NCBI GenBank assembly: GCA_951406725.2
Contig: OX597829.1
Span: forward strand, 28,892,001 to 28,956,000
Source of the DNA: Octopus vulgaris
Lineage: Eukaryota
Reading direction: 5' to 3'
DNA: 64,000 bases
Within the stretch, counting starts at the first letter, position 1. Each line of letters opens with the position of its first letter. Shown here in pieces: positions 41,655 through 54,974 of this stretch. A program made the position numbers and the translations under genes. Below the pieces are notes generated by a model. The model ran no database searches and was not told the origin of the DNA. It saw only the letters and a program-made list of their open reading frames with translations.

Positions 41655-41760
41655 ATTAATAGTTATCGCCATACTTATATGGCAGTCTTATAAATATAAG
41701 ACTTAAGCTTAAGTCTTATATTTATAAGACTGCCATATAAGTATGGCGATAACTATTAAT
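41655..41760. repeat. Perfect 106-bp palindrome centred on AAGCTT
   Basis: Checked base by base: 53-bp arms, no loop, no mismatch. Confidence 0.97.
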
Positions 41761-42168
41761 TTCCAGTAATGCTGCCGTAATCTCCTTTAGGGAGACTTAG
41801 TAATTTTAATATTTCTATTATTCCATTATAGTTTTATACAATCTTTGGTTAAACATAACATGTACAAGCCATCAAGCGAGTCTCTAAATGGTTGCATGAT
41901 CTGCTAGAAGTAGCACCACTATGCTTCTTGTATTAGACATTACTTTCTTAAAAATCAAGTGACATATTCGCTAATACACTCCTTGGTAAATATTACAAAT
42001 ACCAAGATGGTCTGGCTGGAACACCTTTGATCATAGATCTGTTCAATCAAAGAAGCTGATTTTAGTGTCAAGCAATTACAGCAAAATCTTCCAAAGCAAT
42101 CAAAAATGGAGAAAACAATATACATCCATGTGTGTGTGTGTGTGTGTGTGTGTATTCATGTATGTAGT

Positions 42169-42479
42169 GAAGGCGCATGGCTCAGTATTTAGAGCGTTGA
42201 GCTTACAATTGTGAGGTTGTGAGTTCAAATCCCAGACCGGGCTGCGCGTTGTGTTCTTGAGCAAGAAACTTTATTTCATGTTGCTCCAGTTCACTCAGCT
42301 GTAGAAATGAGTTGCGACGTCTCAGATGCCAAGCTGTATCAGCCTTTGCCTTTCCTTTGGATAACAATGGTGGCGTGGAGAGGGGAGGCCGGTATGCATG
42401 GGCAACTGCTGGTCTTTCATAAACAACATTGCTTTTCTAGGTGCAATCCCATGGTCAGTCATGACCAAAGGGGGTCTCA
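42169..42479 (+). mobile_element. SINE family B
   Basis: ggcgcatggctcagt..gagttcaaatccc..gtgttcttgagcaaga. Confidence 0.85.
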
Positions 42480-42510
42480 ATATGTATGTATGCAGGTGTG
42501 TATCTAAATA

Positions 42511-42554
<44 letters not shown>

Positions 42555-42681
42555 CACACACAAAAACATACATAGGTATATATATATATAATTATCAAAG
42601 TTGGGAGATAAGTCCAGGTAGAAATAAGGCTCATACACACACACATACATACATACCTACATACATACATACATACATACA

Positions 42682-42717
<36 letters not shown>

Positions 42718-43203
42718 TTTAGAGAGAGAGAGAGAGAGAGACATACAGACAGATAGATACACAGACAGATAGAGAATGAGAGTAAGAGAAAGGGAGAAAA
42801 GACAAGCGATCAAGACCCCTGACAGTTTGCTGTGCTTGAGAAGACATGTAAAACTAAATAAAATCATTGACCGTTCATACATACAGACATAGCTTCTATG
42901 TCCTCTCTTGACTGAGAGGTTCGAGTCTTGCAGGTTCATGAGTACTGGTGCCATGTAAAAGCACTTGTACCAGTGTGACATAAAAGCACCTGTGCTGGTG
43001 CCACATTAGATGCACTTGGTAAACTCTGTAAAATGGCTGCCATTAAGAAGGGCACCCAGCCATAGAAACTATGCCAAAGCTGGCAAAATAGAGCCCAGGT
43101 AGCTCTCTAGCTGCCCAGCTCCTGTGTCCAACCATCCAACCCATGCCAGCAAGAACAGATGTTAAACGATGATGATGATATATATGTCTATATGTATGTA
43201 TGT

Positions 43204-43452
43204 ATGGCACGTAAAAAACACCATCCGAGCGTGGCCGTTCGCCAGCCTCGTCTGGCACCTGTGTCGGTGGCACATAAAAAGCACCCACTACACTCACAGA
43301 GTGGTTGGCCTTAGGAAGGGCATCCAGCTGTAGAAACACTGCCAGATCTGACTGGCCTGGTGCAGCCTTCGGGCTTCCCAGACCCCAGTTGAACCGTCCA
43401 ACCCATGCTAGCATGGAAAGCGGACGTTAAACGATGATGATGATGATGATGA
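43204..43452 (+). mobile_element. SINE family D (older copy directly upstream, ~42930-43180)
   Basis: Family consensus with (GAT)n tail. Confidence 0.85.
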
Positions 43453-43483
<31 letters not shown>

Positions 43484-43541
43484 CATCATCATCTATATAT
43501 ATACATATATACATACATATATACATATATATATATGTGTG

Positions 43542-43572
<31 letters not shown>

Positions 43573-43730
43573 GAGCGTGTGCATATTCAGTCACATTGCA
43601 TAATCACCAGAAACTTTCGTATCAGGGATTGCATAGATTTCTTTCAACTTCCTGTGAAAAATCTTTTGCAGCTTCCAATATTGATACCACAGATGAAGAT
43701 GTCTGCTTCAAGTTTACTGTTGCTGTTGCT

Positions 43731-43798
<68 letters not shown>

Positions 43799-43942
43799 TG
43801 TTGTTGTTGTTGATGCTGCTGCTGCTGTTGCTTCCACTGTTGTTTGTGTTGTTGTTGATGTTGTTTCCTTTCTGATAAACAAGTTAGTTTTTTTTTTGTG
43901 AAACAAAAAGCAAACAAACAATAATAAAATAATAATATTAAT

Positions 43943-44009
<67 letters not shown>

Positions 44010-44311
44010 GAAAATATAAATAAAAATATTTCAGTACTTGTGAACTATGTTTTGATAGCTGGCCCTACCTTAAATGTACACACACAAACACATGTACACA
44101 CATGCTATGTGTATGTGTGCGTGAGTGTGTGTGCATATATATATATATATAAATGTGCAGGCGTGGCTGTGTGTTAAGAAGCTTGCTTCCCAACCACATG
44201 ATTCTGGGTTCAGTCCCAGTGCAAGGTACCTTGGGCAAGTGCCTTCTAGTATAGCCTAGAGTCAACCAAAACCTTGTGAGTGGATTTGGTAGAAGGAAAC
44301 TGAAAGAAGCC

Positions 44312-44347
<36 letters not shown>

Positions 44348-44474
44348 ATATATTTAAGTAGGTGAATGAATTATCCTATGTTTATCGTCAGCATGGAAAA
44401 TTCGTTTAATGTCGAGAGTAAAGGAATTTTGTTAACATCTTCGTTCGACTCCTTTCTTTCATTTATTCATATAT

Positions 44475-44979
44475 ATATATATATAAAACTCTAGTTGTGT
44501 GAGTGTCTGTCCCCTTCGATTTAGATTCCTAACTCCTCCCACATTTTGTGGTGCAGTTCAACCAAATTCGGGTATCTTATAGTCGTGATTCATATCGAGC
44601 CCGTCTGACTATTAGCGCGCGTCAACGATGAGTCTACGATTTTAAAAATAATTTAACATAATTTTTTATTCCATTTTAATGCATAAAATGCATCGTATGT
44701 CGATGGCGGCGGAGTTGGCGTCCACGCTCACAGCTGCACCTGTTTGCTTCTCCCCCTTCCCTCCCTCGTGAAGCTGTGGGGAAGGGAGTGTAAAGAAATC
44801 AACGTCGTAATGCGTTGTGAAGGAAACCAGCGTTCTTTTAGAACAACGACTTCATGGCTTGAAGACACCAAAACAAAAATGGCTAAGAAAGCCCGAATTT
44901 ATAAGGGAAGTAACTCTCTAAAAATGCTTATATAGTTATTTCCCTTACAAACCCGAGCAACGCCGGGCGATACTGCTAG
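44475..44979 (+). mobile_element. Non-autonomous Helitron, copy 3
   Basis: Same body as 18014-18520; hairpin cccgagcaacgccggg and CTAG at 44976-44979 followed by T. Confidence 0.85.
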
Positions 44980-45859
44980 TATATATATGAAGTAGAGGTG
45001 CATTCTATTAGGAATGTACTAGAACACAAAATAGAGCTTGTTCAAACTCGAGTTTGTATCGAAACATGTGCAGTGGTTATTAAACAGCTGTCAAACTGCA
45101 CTGGCACTTTTTGACTCTATTTATTCTTTCCTTTATATATATAAAACAACCGATGTTTATTAACAGTAAGTTTTTATACATATATATATATATGTGTGTG
45201 CATATGTATGTATTTATGTGTTTGTGTCTGTTCCCGCCACTATCGCTTGACAACTGATGTTGGTGTGTTTTCGTCCCTGTAACTTAGTGGTTCAGCAAAA
45301 GAGACTGATAGAATAAGTATCAGGCTTACAAATAATAAGTCCTGGGGTCTTCAGCTAAAAGGTGGTGCTCTAGCATGGCCACAGTCAAATGACTGAAACA
45401 AGTAAAAGAGTGTATCTATATATATGACAGAGAGGGAGAGCTGGTGAAAAACCAAAACACATCATCAAGTACGTATGGTTGCTTTTAATTCTTTATTGAA
45501 TTTGATTTCATGTACACGTTGCCGTGAGTTACCAGCAAATAGCTTTTTACACTATTTATGTATAGTTATAGACTGGCGTTCAATTTGTCCCAGATTTGGT
45601 TCAGGTGTGTGGTGTTGATAAGCTCAAAAACTGGCAAAATATCCATCGCTCCTGAATAGAATTGGAGGTGAGATCTCTCACCTGTTTAAGAATTTCAGGT
45701 GTTTTTAACACCCGGTGTAATGAGGAAATCATCTTCAAAGTGCTATACTACAGTGAACTAGCAAACAAGCAAAACATATACTCAATGTATGTGTGATTGA
45801 TGATGTTTACAACACTAGTGCTGCTTTGAATTTATTATCGAATATATGTGTGTACGCAT

Positions 45860-45944
<85 letters not shown>

Positions 45945-45945
45945 A

Positions 45946-46356
45946 GCATAGGAGTGGCTATGTTGTAAGTAGCTTGCTTATGAACTGCATTGTTCCGGGT
46001 TCAGTTCCACAGCGTGACACCTTGGGCAAGTGTTTTCTACTATAGCCTCGGGTCGACCAAAGCCTGGTGAGTGGATTTGGTGGATGGAAACTAAAAAACG
46101 CCCGTCGTATATATGTATATATATACGTATGTTTGTGTATATGTTTGTGTGTCTGTGTTTTGCCCCCCCCCCCCCACATCGCTTAACAACCGATGGTGGT
46201 GTGCTTACGTCCCCATAACTTAGCTGTTCGGCAAAAGAGGAGGATAGAATAAGTACTAGGCTTACAAAGAATAAGTCTTGGCGTCGATTTTCTCGACTAA
46301 AGGTGGTGCTCCAGCATGACCACAGTCAAATGACTGAAACAAGTAAAAGAGTAAAA
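45946..46356 (+). mobile_element. SINE family A, full length
   Basis: Family consensus. Confidence 0.88.
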
Positions 46357-46463
46357 TAGTATATATATATACATATATACATATGAGATAGTGGTACAAT
46401 AATGCACCAGTATTTACTGGAAATGGCAGTCGATAATATACAATGCTATAGTAAAGCTTCACT

Positions 46464-46945
46464 ATCATCATCATCATCATCGTTTAACGTCCGCTTTCCA
46501 TGCTAGCATGGGTTGGACGGTTCAACTGGGGTCTGGGGAGCCCAAAGGCTGCACCAGGCCAGTCATATCTGGCAGTGTTTCTACAGCTGGATGCCCTTCC
46601 TAACGCCAACCACTCCGAGAGTGTAGTGGGTGATTTTATGTGCCACCAACACAGGTGCCAGGCGAGGCTGGCAGACGGCCACGCTCGGATAGTGTTTTTT
46701 ATGTGCCACCGACACAGGTGCCAGACAAGGCTGGCGAACGGCCACGATCGGATGGTGTTTGTTACATGCGCACAGCACGGAGGCCAGTCGATGCGGTACT
46801 GGCTACGGCCACGTTCGGATGGTTTTCTTATGTGCCACCGGCACTGGTACCACAAAGATACAAATTCCATTGATGTTCATCTATTTTGATTTGGTTTGAT
46901 TTGATTTGATTTTCACTTGCCTCAACAGGTCTTCACAAGTGTCAT
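46464..46945 (-). mobile_element. SINE family D, long version with internal ~60-bp tandem repeats
   Basis: Repeated tatgtgccacc..caggtgccag..ggccacg.tcggat units; (CAT)n tail on the plus strand. Confidence 0.85.
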
Positions 46946-47275
46946 ATATATATATATATATATACTGGCAAAAATGTTTGAGGGCAGCAAACATAAAAAT
47001 TCCATCTTACCTGTAGGAAGAACATTAAATAAATGTACAACACAGATGTGGATAATCTAGGACCTAAATTTCAAACTTTCCAAATTATATTTGTTGATGT
47101 AAATTTGATTAGTTCTCATTGGTGAGATTTATATGGATAAAATCTCAAATGTCATTTCATCAATACCCACCTAGCTGTTAACATACCAAGAACAGTGGAA
47201 AAGTCTATACTTTAACCTGATGGTACTTTGTTTTACTGGGAAGCAATACTACAGTATTGCACTATTTAATTTTTT

Positions 47276-47319
<44 letters not shown>

Positions 47320-47322
<3 letters not shown>

Positions 47323-47535
47323 AAAATGTAACCACATGTTGAAAATGTAACCACATGGCGATTTTCTTCCTCCATCTACCTTTCTGTTGGACTTTCCTGT
47401 TTCTGAAGAAGAGCATTGCTCAAAAAGCCAAACCACCTTTCTTTCCTTCTCTGAGCATCTGCTAATACTTTACATGTGCCACATTCTCACAGTGTTGTTT
47501 TTTGTGTTCATTGCTCTTTTTTGGGATTTACTATA
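47320..47535 (+). mobile_element. Family H1 PLE-tail element, copy 3
   Basis: gttt-CTGAAGA-a-GAGC-att-GCTC-aAAA..aaac (47399-47433): intact CUGANGA core but mutated GAAA; follows (TA)n. Confidence 0.55.
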
Positions 47536-47809
47536 TGTATATGTATGTGTGTGTGTGTGTGTGTTAGTTAGTTAGTTAGTTAATTTTTGGCTCAAAAAGC
47601 AAAAAGCAAGGCCATGTAGGGGGTATGTGTGTGTGTATGTGTGTGTATATATATATGAGTGGCTGTGTGGTAAATAACTTGCTTACCAACCACATGGTTC
47701 TGTGTTCAGTCCCACTGTGTGGCATCTTGGACAAGTGTCTTCTACTGTAGCTTCAGGCCGACCAAAGCCTTGTGAGTGGATTTGGTAAATGGAAACTGAA
47801 AGAAGCCCA

Positions 47810-47847
<38 letters not shown>

Positions 47848-48153
47848 TGCAGTCATATCTTTTGTTTATTAAGGGTAAGGATGACAAAGTTTTAATTAGC
47901 AATTCTAATGTACTTTTCTTGATGGAGCAGGAATATTGTAAAGGTGTGCTAGATTTCACCAAATGTTTATTGGTCAGTTTTGCTAGTCATTCAAATCCAA
48001 GATTTCTAATAAAAAATTACATTTTCTTGATAATGCACCATTTTCAAAGAAATTAAAGGATTATTTGGTGCAAAGTTAAAAATAAAAGAACTCATCTGTG
48101 TGTGTGTGTGAATGTGTGTGTATGTTTGTGTGTTGTATGTGTGTTTGTGTGTG

Positions 48154-48193
<40 letters not shown>

Positions 48194-48201
<8 letters not shown>

Positions 48202-48642
48202 TTAGTAAATTGAAGAAATGGAGTTGAACGAAGATTGAACAGAATTCATTGATAATCAGTTCAGCCATGGGCTCTTAAAGAGCCTCCTCGTTCAAATTGC
48301 TTTGCTGCGCCTGTTCTGTTTTGTTCTGCCAACGGAATTCCAATTTTTTTCCTGAAGAGAAAGCCACAATATGGTATCCTTATTTAATCAGAATTTGGAA
48401 AATTGTGGCTTTTGAAACATGTGTAGAATGCAATAAAAGGAATTCTGTTCAATCTTCGTTCAACTCCATTTCTTCAATTCACTAATAATATTAAAATTCA
48501 ATTATCCGCACCAACGCACGGTTGCAACACCAAATGGTTTTATCTCCAACCGTGCTTTCTTCTGCTGTGATTTTTGCTACCAAGGTATCGGTTAAACTTT
48601 TGATTAATCTGCAACAAGATTATTCATCTTTCTATTTTACCA
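48194..48642 (+). mobile_element. Foldback PLE-like element with hammerhead (54-bp inverted arms)
   Basis: Arms 48194-48247 and 48440-48493 (1 mismatch); tail ends ttttaccaa then (TA)n; (TA)n also upstream. Confidence 0.7.
48349..48428 (+). ncRNA. Putative type-I hammerhead ribozyme
   Basis: ttc-CTGAAGA (48352-48358), 12-bp stem II gaaagccacaat/attgtggctttt, GAAA (48414-48417), C-atgt-GT-A cleavage triplet GUA, gaa; stem I is short. Confidence 0.55.
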
Positions 48643-49374
48643 AATATATATATATATACACACACACACACATAGAGCTACAGCATGTACAGACATACAT
48701 ACACAAATATACCATCATTATTATCCTCCTTCTACTCTGTCCCTTGCTCCCTCCTCGCATCCCTCTACCTTCCCTGACTCATGCACTACTGGCTATCCCC
48801 CAACCCATACTCATCACACCCTACATCCACCATTTCTTCAATCCTGCCCAACCTTTACACCTGTTTTCTACCTTCCCCGTTTCCCTTTTCCATTTCCTCC
48901 ATCTCTTACCTCCCTCATACTTTCTTGCAAACTCCCCACTCCTAGTTTCTCTGTCCCCCACCACCACCACAACCACCACCACCACCTCACTTCCACTCAC
49001 CTCATATCTGGACATGCCACCTGGACACCTCATCATCACTGCCCATCTCTTTACAGCTACTACCAATTTCCTTCTTTCCAACTCTCTCCTTCTCTTCTCT
49101 AAATGTGAACACTCGTATCTTTGCTACAACAAGAACCTGCTCTTCCCCCATCCCCACCTCATACCTTAACCATCATCTCCAACATAAAAAAACCCACCCT
49201 CACCCAAGCACACACATACACACAAACACACCTCAACAATGCAAGTGTGCTTGTTGGTACAAAATGTGGGTGACATCAGGAGACATCCAACCATGGAAAC
49301 TGTGCCAAAGCAGGCATAGGAACACCCATAGGATCCTGATCAAACTGTCCAACTCATATCTAAATGGAAAATGG

Positions 49375-49800
49375 ATGTGGTTGTCGTTGTTGTTGTTGAT
49401 GATGATGATGATGATAATGACAATGATGTTGATGATGTCGATGATAATGATAAGGGAGGTGATGATATCTGTGATGATGATGATGATGATGATGATGTCA
49501 ATGATGATGCTGCTGCTGCTGATGATGCTGATGATGATGCTGATGATGCTGATGATGCTGCTGATGACGACGGTGATGATGTCAATGATAATGATGGTGG
49601 TGGTGATGGTGATGGTGATGATATCCGTGATGATGATGATGTCAATAATGATGAGATGATGATGATGATGATGATGGTGGTGATGATGGTGATGATGACG
49701 ATGATGTCAGTGATGATGATGCTGTCAATAATGATGACGATGGTGATGATGATGATTATGATAGAGATAGTGGTGGTGATGAATACTGACAATGATGGTA
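49375..49800. repeat. Degenerate (GAT)n microsatellite
   Basis: Direct inspection. Confidence 0.9.
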
Positions 49801-50140
49801 TAACTGAAGGCACACCTGGACCAGCCAGACCGTTGAGCAAAGCCTCTTCATTTCATCTTATTCCAATCTGCTCGGCTGCAATGTGTACCAGCCAAATTCG
49901 AGATAGTCCTTTCTCCATCTGGCGGTTACACTGTAGATGTTCCACAGAGTGAAAGAGGTGGATGGGCCCTAAGGGGATGTCTATTCCTGCTCGTGACTAC
50001 ATAGATACCAAAAACAATAAACAAAAACAAGGTACATGTTACCTGATCATACTCAGTTCTGAGTGATGTCAATGGTTTTTCTGATACTCCATTGATTATG
50101 ATAATGAGGGGTTCTAGTTGCTCATGAAATTAATGTACAA

Positions 50141-50612
50141 ATGGCTGTGTGGTAAGATGTTTGCTTCCCAACCACATGGTTTCAGTTTCAATTCCACTAC
50201 ATGGCACCTTGGGCAAATGTCTTCTACTACAGCCTCAAGCCAACCAAATCTTTGTGAATGGATTTGGTAGGCAGAAACTGAAAGAAGCCCATTGTGTATA
50301 TATATACATATATATATATATATCTGTTTGTGTCTTTGAGCCTGTGTTTGTACCCCATTGCCACTTGACAACTGGTGTTGGTGCGTTTATGTCCCCATAA
50401 CTTTGTGGTTCATCAAAAAATACTGATAGAATGAGTGAGAGGTTAGAGTATGACAGGGAAGTATGCTGTAGAGGAGAAATGTGGTTATCAGGTTTTTAAA
50501 AAAATATGAGTACTGGGGTTGGTTCATTCAGCTAAAAATCTTTCAAAGCAGTGCTCCAGCATGGCCACAATCTAATGACTGAAACAAGTAAAAGATAAAA
50601 GATAAAGATAAA
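50141..50612 (+). mobile_element. SINE family A (diverged, with insertion), followed by a minus-strand family B/E-like SINE ~50618-50851
   Basis: Family consensus segments. Confidence 0.75.
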
Positions 50613-51710
50613 ATGGTGAGCACTCTACAGACACACATACCCTTAAAGTAGTTCTCAAGAAGATTCAGTGTGACACAGAATGGGTTAAGACTGGCACTTT
50701 AGAATACAAATGCTCCTTGTTTTTTGCTAGCTGTGTTGACTGGAACAATGAAAAATAAAGTATCTTGCCCAAGGACACATGCTCTGTGGGCTATAGAACT
50801 CAGACTTGTGATCATGAGCCAAATAGCCCCAACCAATTAACCGCATGCCTTCACACCCAGTTATGGCTTATTATGTTTGTGTGTGCATGTATATCAATGT
50901 ATATGAGTGTGTGTGACAATGTAAATGTCAATGCGTATGTCCATGTGTATGTGTATTGTATTTATATATGTTTATTCATATACATATGATAGAGAGTGGG
51001 AAAGAAAAAGAGAAGTGGAAAAAGTGAGGAAGAAAAGCTTTTGGTGAACAGAGAGTATTTATTTAACTGAAAAATCATTAAAGAAATGTGTCCAAGTTAT
51101 TAAATGAAATCTGATGCCAGTCATATTAAGGAAACAATAGTCAGCAGTACTAAAAGACCTCTCAGAGATTAGCTTAAATGAATGGAATAGAGTTGAAGTA
51201 GAATGTCAGAGTTGTGGCATAAAAGAACCTTTGCAGCAGATGAAGTTTTAAATCTGGGTTTGAAGAGACTGTATTAAAATATTTGCTTATCATTCATAAT
51301 TTATGACAATTGATTTTTAAAACCCAATTATGCTGTTGTGTGACCTGAACCACTGGCTTGATCTGCTACCTTTCCCTTGTTGTATGACTTGATCTTTGGC
51401 TCATTTCCACATGGTGTGACTTGACTTTTGGCTTACTTCCACATCCTGTGACTTGACTTCAGGTTTACTTCCACATTGTATGACCTCCACTATTCCCTCA
51501 TTGTATGACCTGAGCTTGGGCTTACACTTAACATTGTGTGATCTGACTTCTACATTTAACTTCCTTCTCCTTCTCTTCCTCCTCCTTTTCCTACTTCTTC
51601 TTCTCCTACTCCTGCACTTCTTCATCATCATCATCATCATCATCGTCATTATCATCATAATCATTGTCATTGTTGTCCTTGTCATCATTGTCATTGTTAA
51701 TATCATCATC

Positions 51711-52040
51711 ATGCTCCAATGGATGTGTAATGTCAGTGTGCATACTCGACAGAGTGTTAGTACCTTGAGAGAAAAGTTGGACCTAAGAAGCATCAAATGT
51801 GGTGTGCAAGAGAGATGATTGCACTGGTATGGTCATGTGGCGAGAATGGATGTGGATAGCTGTGTGAAAAAGAGCCACACCCTAGCGGTTGAGGGAACCT
51901 GTGGAAGAGGTAAACCCAGGAAGACCTGGGATAAGGTGTTGAAGCATGACCTTTGAACTTGGGCCTCACCGAAGCAATGACTAGTGACCGAGACCTTTGG
52001 AAATATGCAGAGCTTGAGAAGACCTGGCAAGCCAAATGAG
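51711..52040 (+). mobile_element. RTE LINE 3' end
   Basis: MLQWMCNV..LREKLDLRSIKCGVQER*LHWYGHVARM..GRGKPRKTWDKV, the typical RTE C-terminus. Confidence 0.88.
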
Positions 52041-52427
52041 ACCAAACAAGGATTTGAACTTGGAATGCAGTGAGACAAGAAAATGCTTCAAGGAATCTAG
52101 CCCAAAGTTTTTTGCATTTTTTTTCCAGTCCACCATTCCAGTTTGGTACTTTTTTTTTTATTGAAACTCCTGAGAGGATAAAAAACTAATGTTAATCTCG
52201 ATGGGATTTGAACTCAGACCAACTCTTTGAACTCAGAGAACAAAGTGTCAGAAGACCAAAGACAAAGTATTTCTATTTGATACTCTGCTGATTCTGCCGG
52301 CTCATCATCTGTTAAGATATAATGATAATATTTTCCCTTGTGACCATTAAAAAAATTCTTTAAAATTCTTTAATAATATAAAATCCACATATTTTGAAAT
52401 TAGGGAAAAAAAAAGAAACTTCAAGAC

Positions 52428-52788
52428 AGCCACATGGTTCTGTGTTCAGTCCCACTGCTTGGCACCTTCTACTATAGCCACATGTCGACCAAAGCCTTGT
52501 GAGTGGATTTGGTAGACGGAAACTGAAAGAAGCCCATCGTATATATGTATATGTATATATGTGTGTGTGCATTTGTGTGTCTGTGTTTGTCCCCCCAACA
52601 TCACTTGACAACCAATGCTGGTGTGTTTACATCCCTGTAACTTAGCAGTTCAGCATAAGAGACCGATAGAATAAGTAGTAGGCTTACAAAGAATAAGTCC
52701 CAGGGTCGATTTGCTCGACTATAGGTGGTGCTCCAGCATGGCCACAGTCAAATGACTGAAACAAGTAAAAGAGTAAAAGAGTAAAGAG
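52428..52788 (+). mobile_element. SINE family A, 5'-truncated
   Basis: Family consensus with (GTAAAAGA)n tail. Confidence 0.85.
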
Positions 52789-53384
52789 TTTAACACATGA
52801 AAGAATCTCTGTATGAGAGTTTCATCTGCTAGAAATAGCAGTTAAATGTCTTCTTAAAATCATTATCTGACGCCTTAAAGAAGCAGTAGACAATGTGGCT
52901 GTATACACACATACGGACACATACTCACATACATATTGGGCTGTTAGATAAATTCGTTGTTTTTGTTTGTTTTGCTGGAGTTGAAAAGACACAACCAGTG
53001 TGTAGCAGCTGGGAAAAAATGAGCAAGGGTTTCTGGGGTGTTGCAAGTCTATAAGAGTTTTCTGCAAATGTGTATATGGGTTAGGACTTGGTATTCTTGT
53101 AGGGTTGGAATATATGCAGTGGTACTATTTGTGTAGCGTTTTCAGTGGGGGTTGGGGTGTCCATGGGTGGATGACCAAAGGTTGTATGCATACATGATTG
53201 TTTATTTGTGTTTTGTTTATGCTTTAGCTCATTTCTTTGGAGTATCTATGTAGGTGTGGAGTGTGTGTAGAGGTACTATATGTGTGGTGGTTTATATTGG
53301 GGTGGGTGGAAAAAGCTATGGGCAGTTCTTATGTATGAAATTTCTACCATATGTAATTTTTACTTAGACCATTTCTACATATAG

Positions 53385-54234
53385 ATGCAGGAGTGGCTGT
53401 GTGGTAAGTAGCTTGCTTACGAACCACATGGTTTTGGGTTCAGTCCCACTGTGTGACACCTTGGGAAAGTGTCTTCTACTATAGCCTCAGGCCGATCAAA
53501 GCCTTGTGAGTGGATTTGGTAGACAGAAACTGAAAGAAGCCCGTCATATATGTGTGTGTATATATATATAGGCGCAGGAGTGGCTGTGTGGTAAGTAGCT
53601 TGCTAACCAGCCACATGGTTCCGGGTTCAGTCCCACTGCGTGACACCTTGGGCAAATGTCTTCTGCTATAGCTTCGGGCCAACCAAAGCCTTGTGAGTGG
53701 ATTTGGTAGATGGAAACTGAAAGAAGCCTGTCGTATATATGTATATATATATGTGTGTGTATATGTTTGTGTGCCTGTGTTTGTCCCTCTAGCATTACTT
53801 GACAACTGATGCTGGTGTGTTTACATCCCCATCACTTAGCGGTTCGACAAAAGAGACCGATAGAATAAGTACTGGGCTTACAAAGAATAAGTCCCGGGGT
53901 CGATTTGCTCAACTAAAGGCAGTGCTCCAGTATGGCCGCAGTCAAATGACTGAAACAGGTAAAAGAGTAAAAGAGTAAAAGAGTAAAGAGAGAGATATGT
54001 GTGTATGTGTGTGTATGTATATGTTTGTGTGTCTGTGTTTGTCCCCACCCCAACATCGCTTGACAACCGATGGTGGTGTGTTTACGTCCCTTAACTTAGC
54101 AGTTGGCATAAGAGACCGATAGAAGAAGTACTAGGGTTACAGAGAATAAGTCCTGGGGTCAACTTGCTCGACCAAAGGCGGTTTCCAGCATGGCCACAGT
54201 CAAATGACTGAAACAAGTAAAAGAGTAAAAGAGT
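53385..54234 (+). mobile_element. SINE family A with a second full family A copy (53571-53988) nested in its internal microsatellite
   Basis: 5' half 53385-53570, complete copy, then 3' half ~53995-54234. Confidence 0.85.
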
Positions 54235-54299
54235 ATATCAAGCAGGGTTCAGTAATTTGTCTGCTTTACTACTTACTAGGCTTCGGTCTTTGTAAATTA

Positions 54300-54665
54300 A
54301 CTCTAGGACTCTTTGATTCCAATCCTTGCTTCTACATCTGAAATTTCTTCTCTAATTTTAGTAAGGACTCAGCAATAAGAACAAAAACCATGAGTGGAGA
54401 GGAGCTCCCAACGGCAGCTAGTATTAAATTCCTCTGTTATGGCCTAAAGGATTATGATGAATAAGAAGGGACTAAGAGCCAATCCTTGGTGAACTCCTAC
54501 TTATACACTAAATGCATTGCTATAACCATTGCTAACTTCCATGTTACTGAGGAGCATCCCTGTACCACACATCTTTCCCTAGCTTCTGCATTGCACACCA
54601 GATAAGGGAGTGGGAAACCTTCTCAAAGGTTTTCTCCATGTCAACAAAAGCTAAGTACAGAGGTC
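54300..54665 (-). mobile_element. RTE RT fragment
   Basis: Minus strand LYLAFVDMEKTFEKV..GVHQGLALSPLLFIIIL (RT domains 3-4). Confidence 0.8.
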
Positions 54666-54974
54666 TTTATTACATTATATATTATCATCATCATCAGCAT
54701 CATCCTTTAACATCCGTTTTCCATGCTGGCATGGGTTGGATGGTTTGACCAGAGGTGGAAAGTCAGAGAGCTACACCAGGTTCCAGTCCAATTTAGCTAG
54801 GTATCTACAGCTGAAGGGCATCTAGTTGTAGGCCCTTTCTAAAGCCAACCATTTTACAGTGTGTGCTGAGTTCTTTTAATGTGGTGCCAGCTCAACTGCT
54901 TTTTACGTAGCACCAGCACAGGACTCATGTACATGTATATATATCATGGACTCTCCTGCCATTAGACAATGCAC

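Noticed and set aside
48522-49169. 215-aa ORF
   Set aside because: Crosses a repeat tail, (TA)/(CA) tracts and pyrimidine-rich low-complexity DNA.
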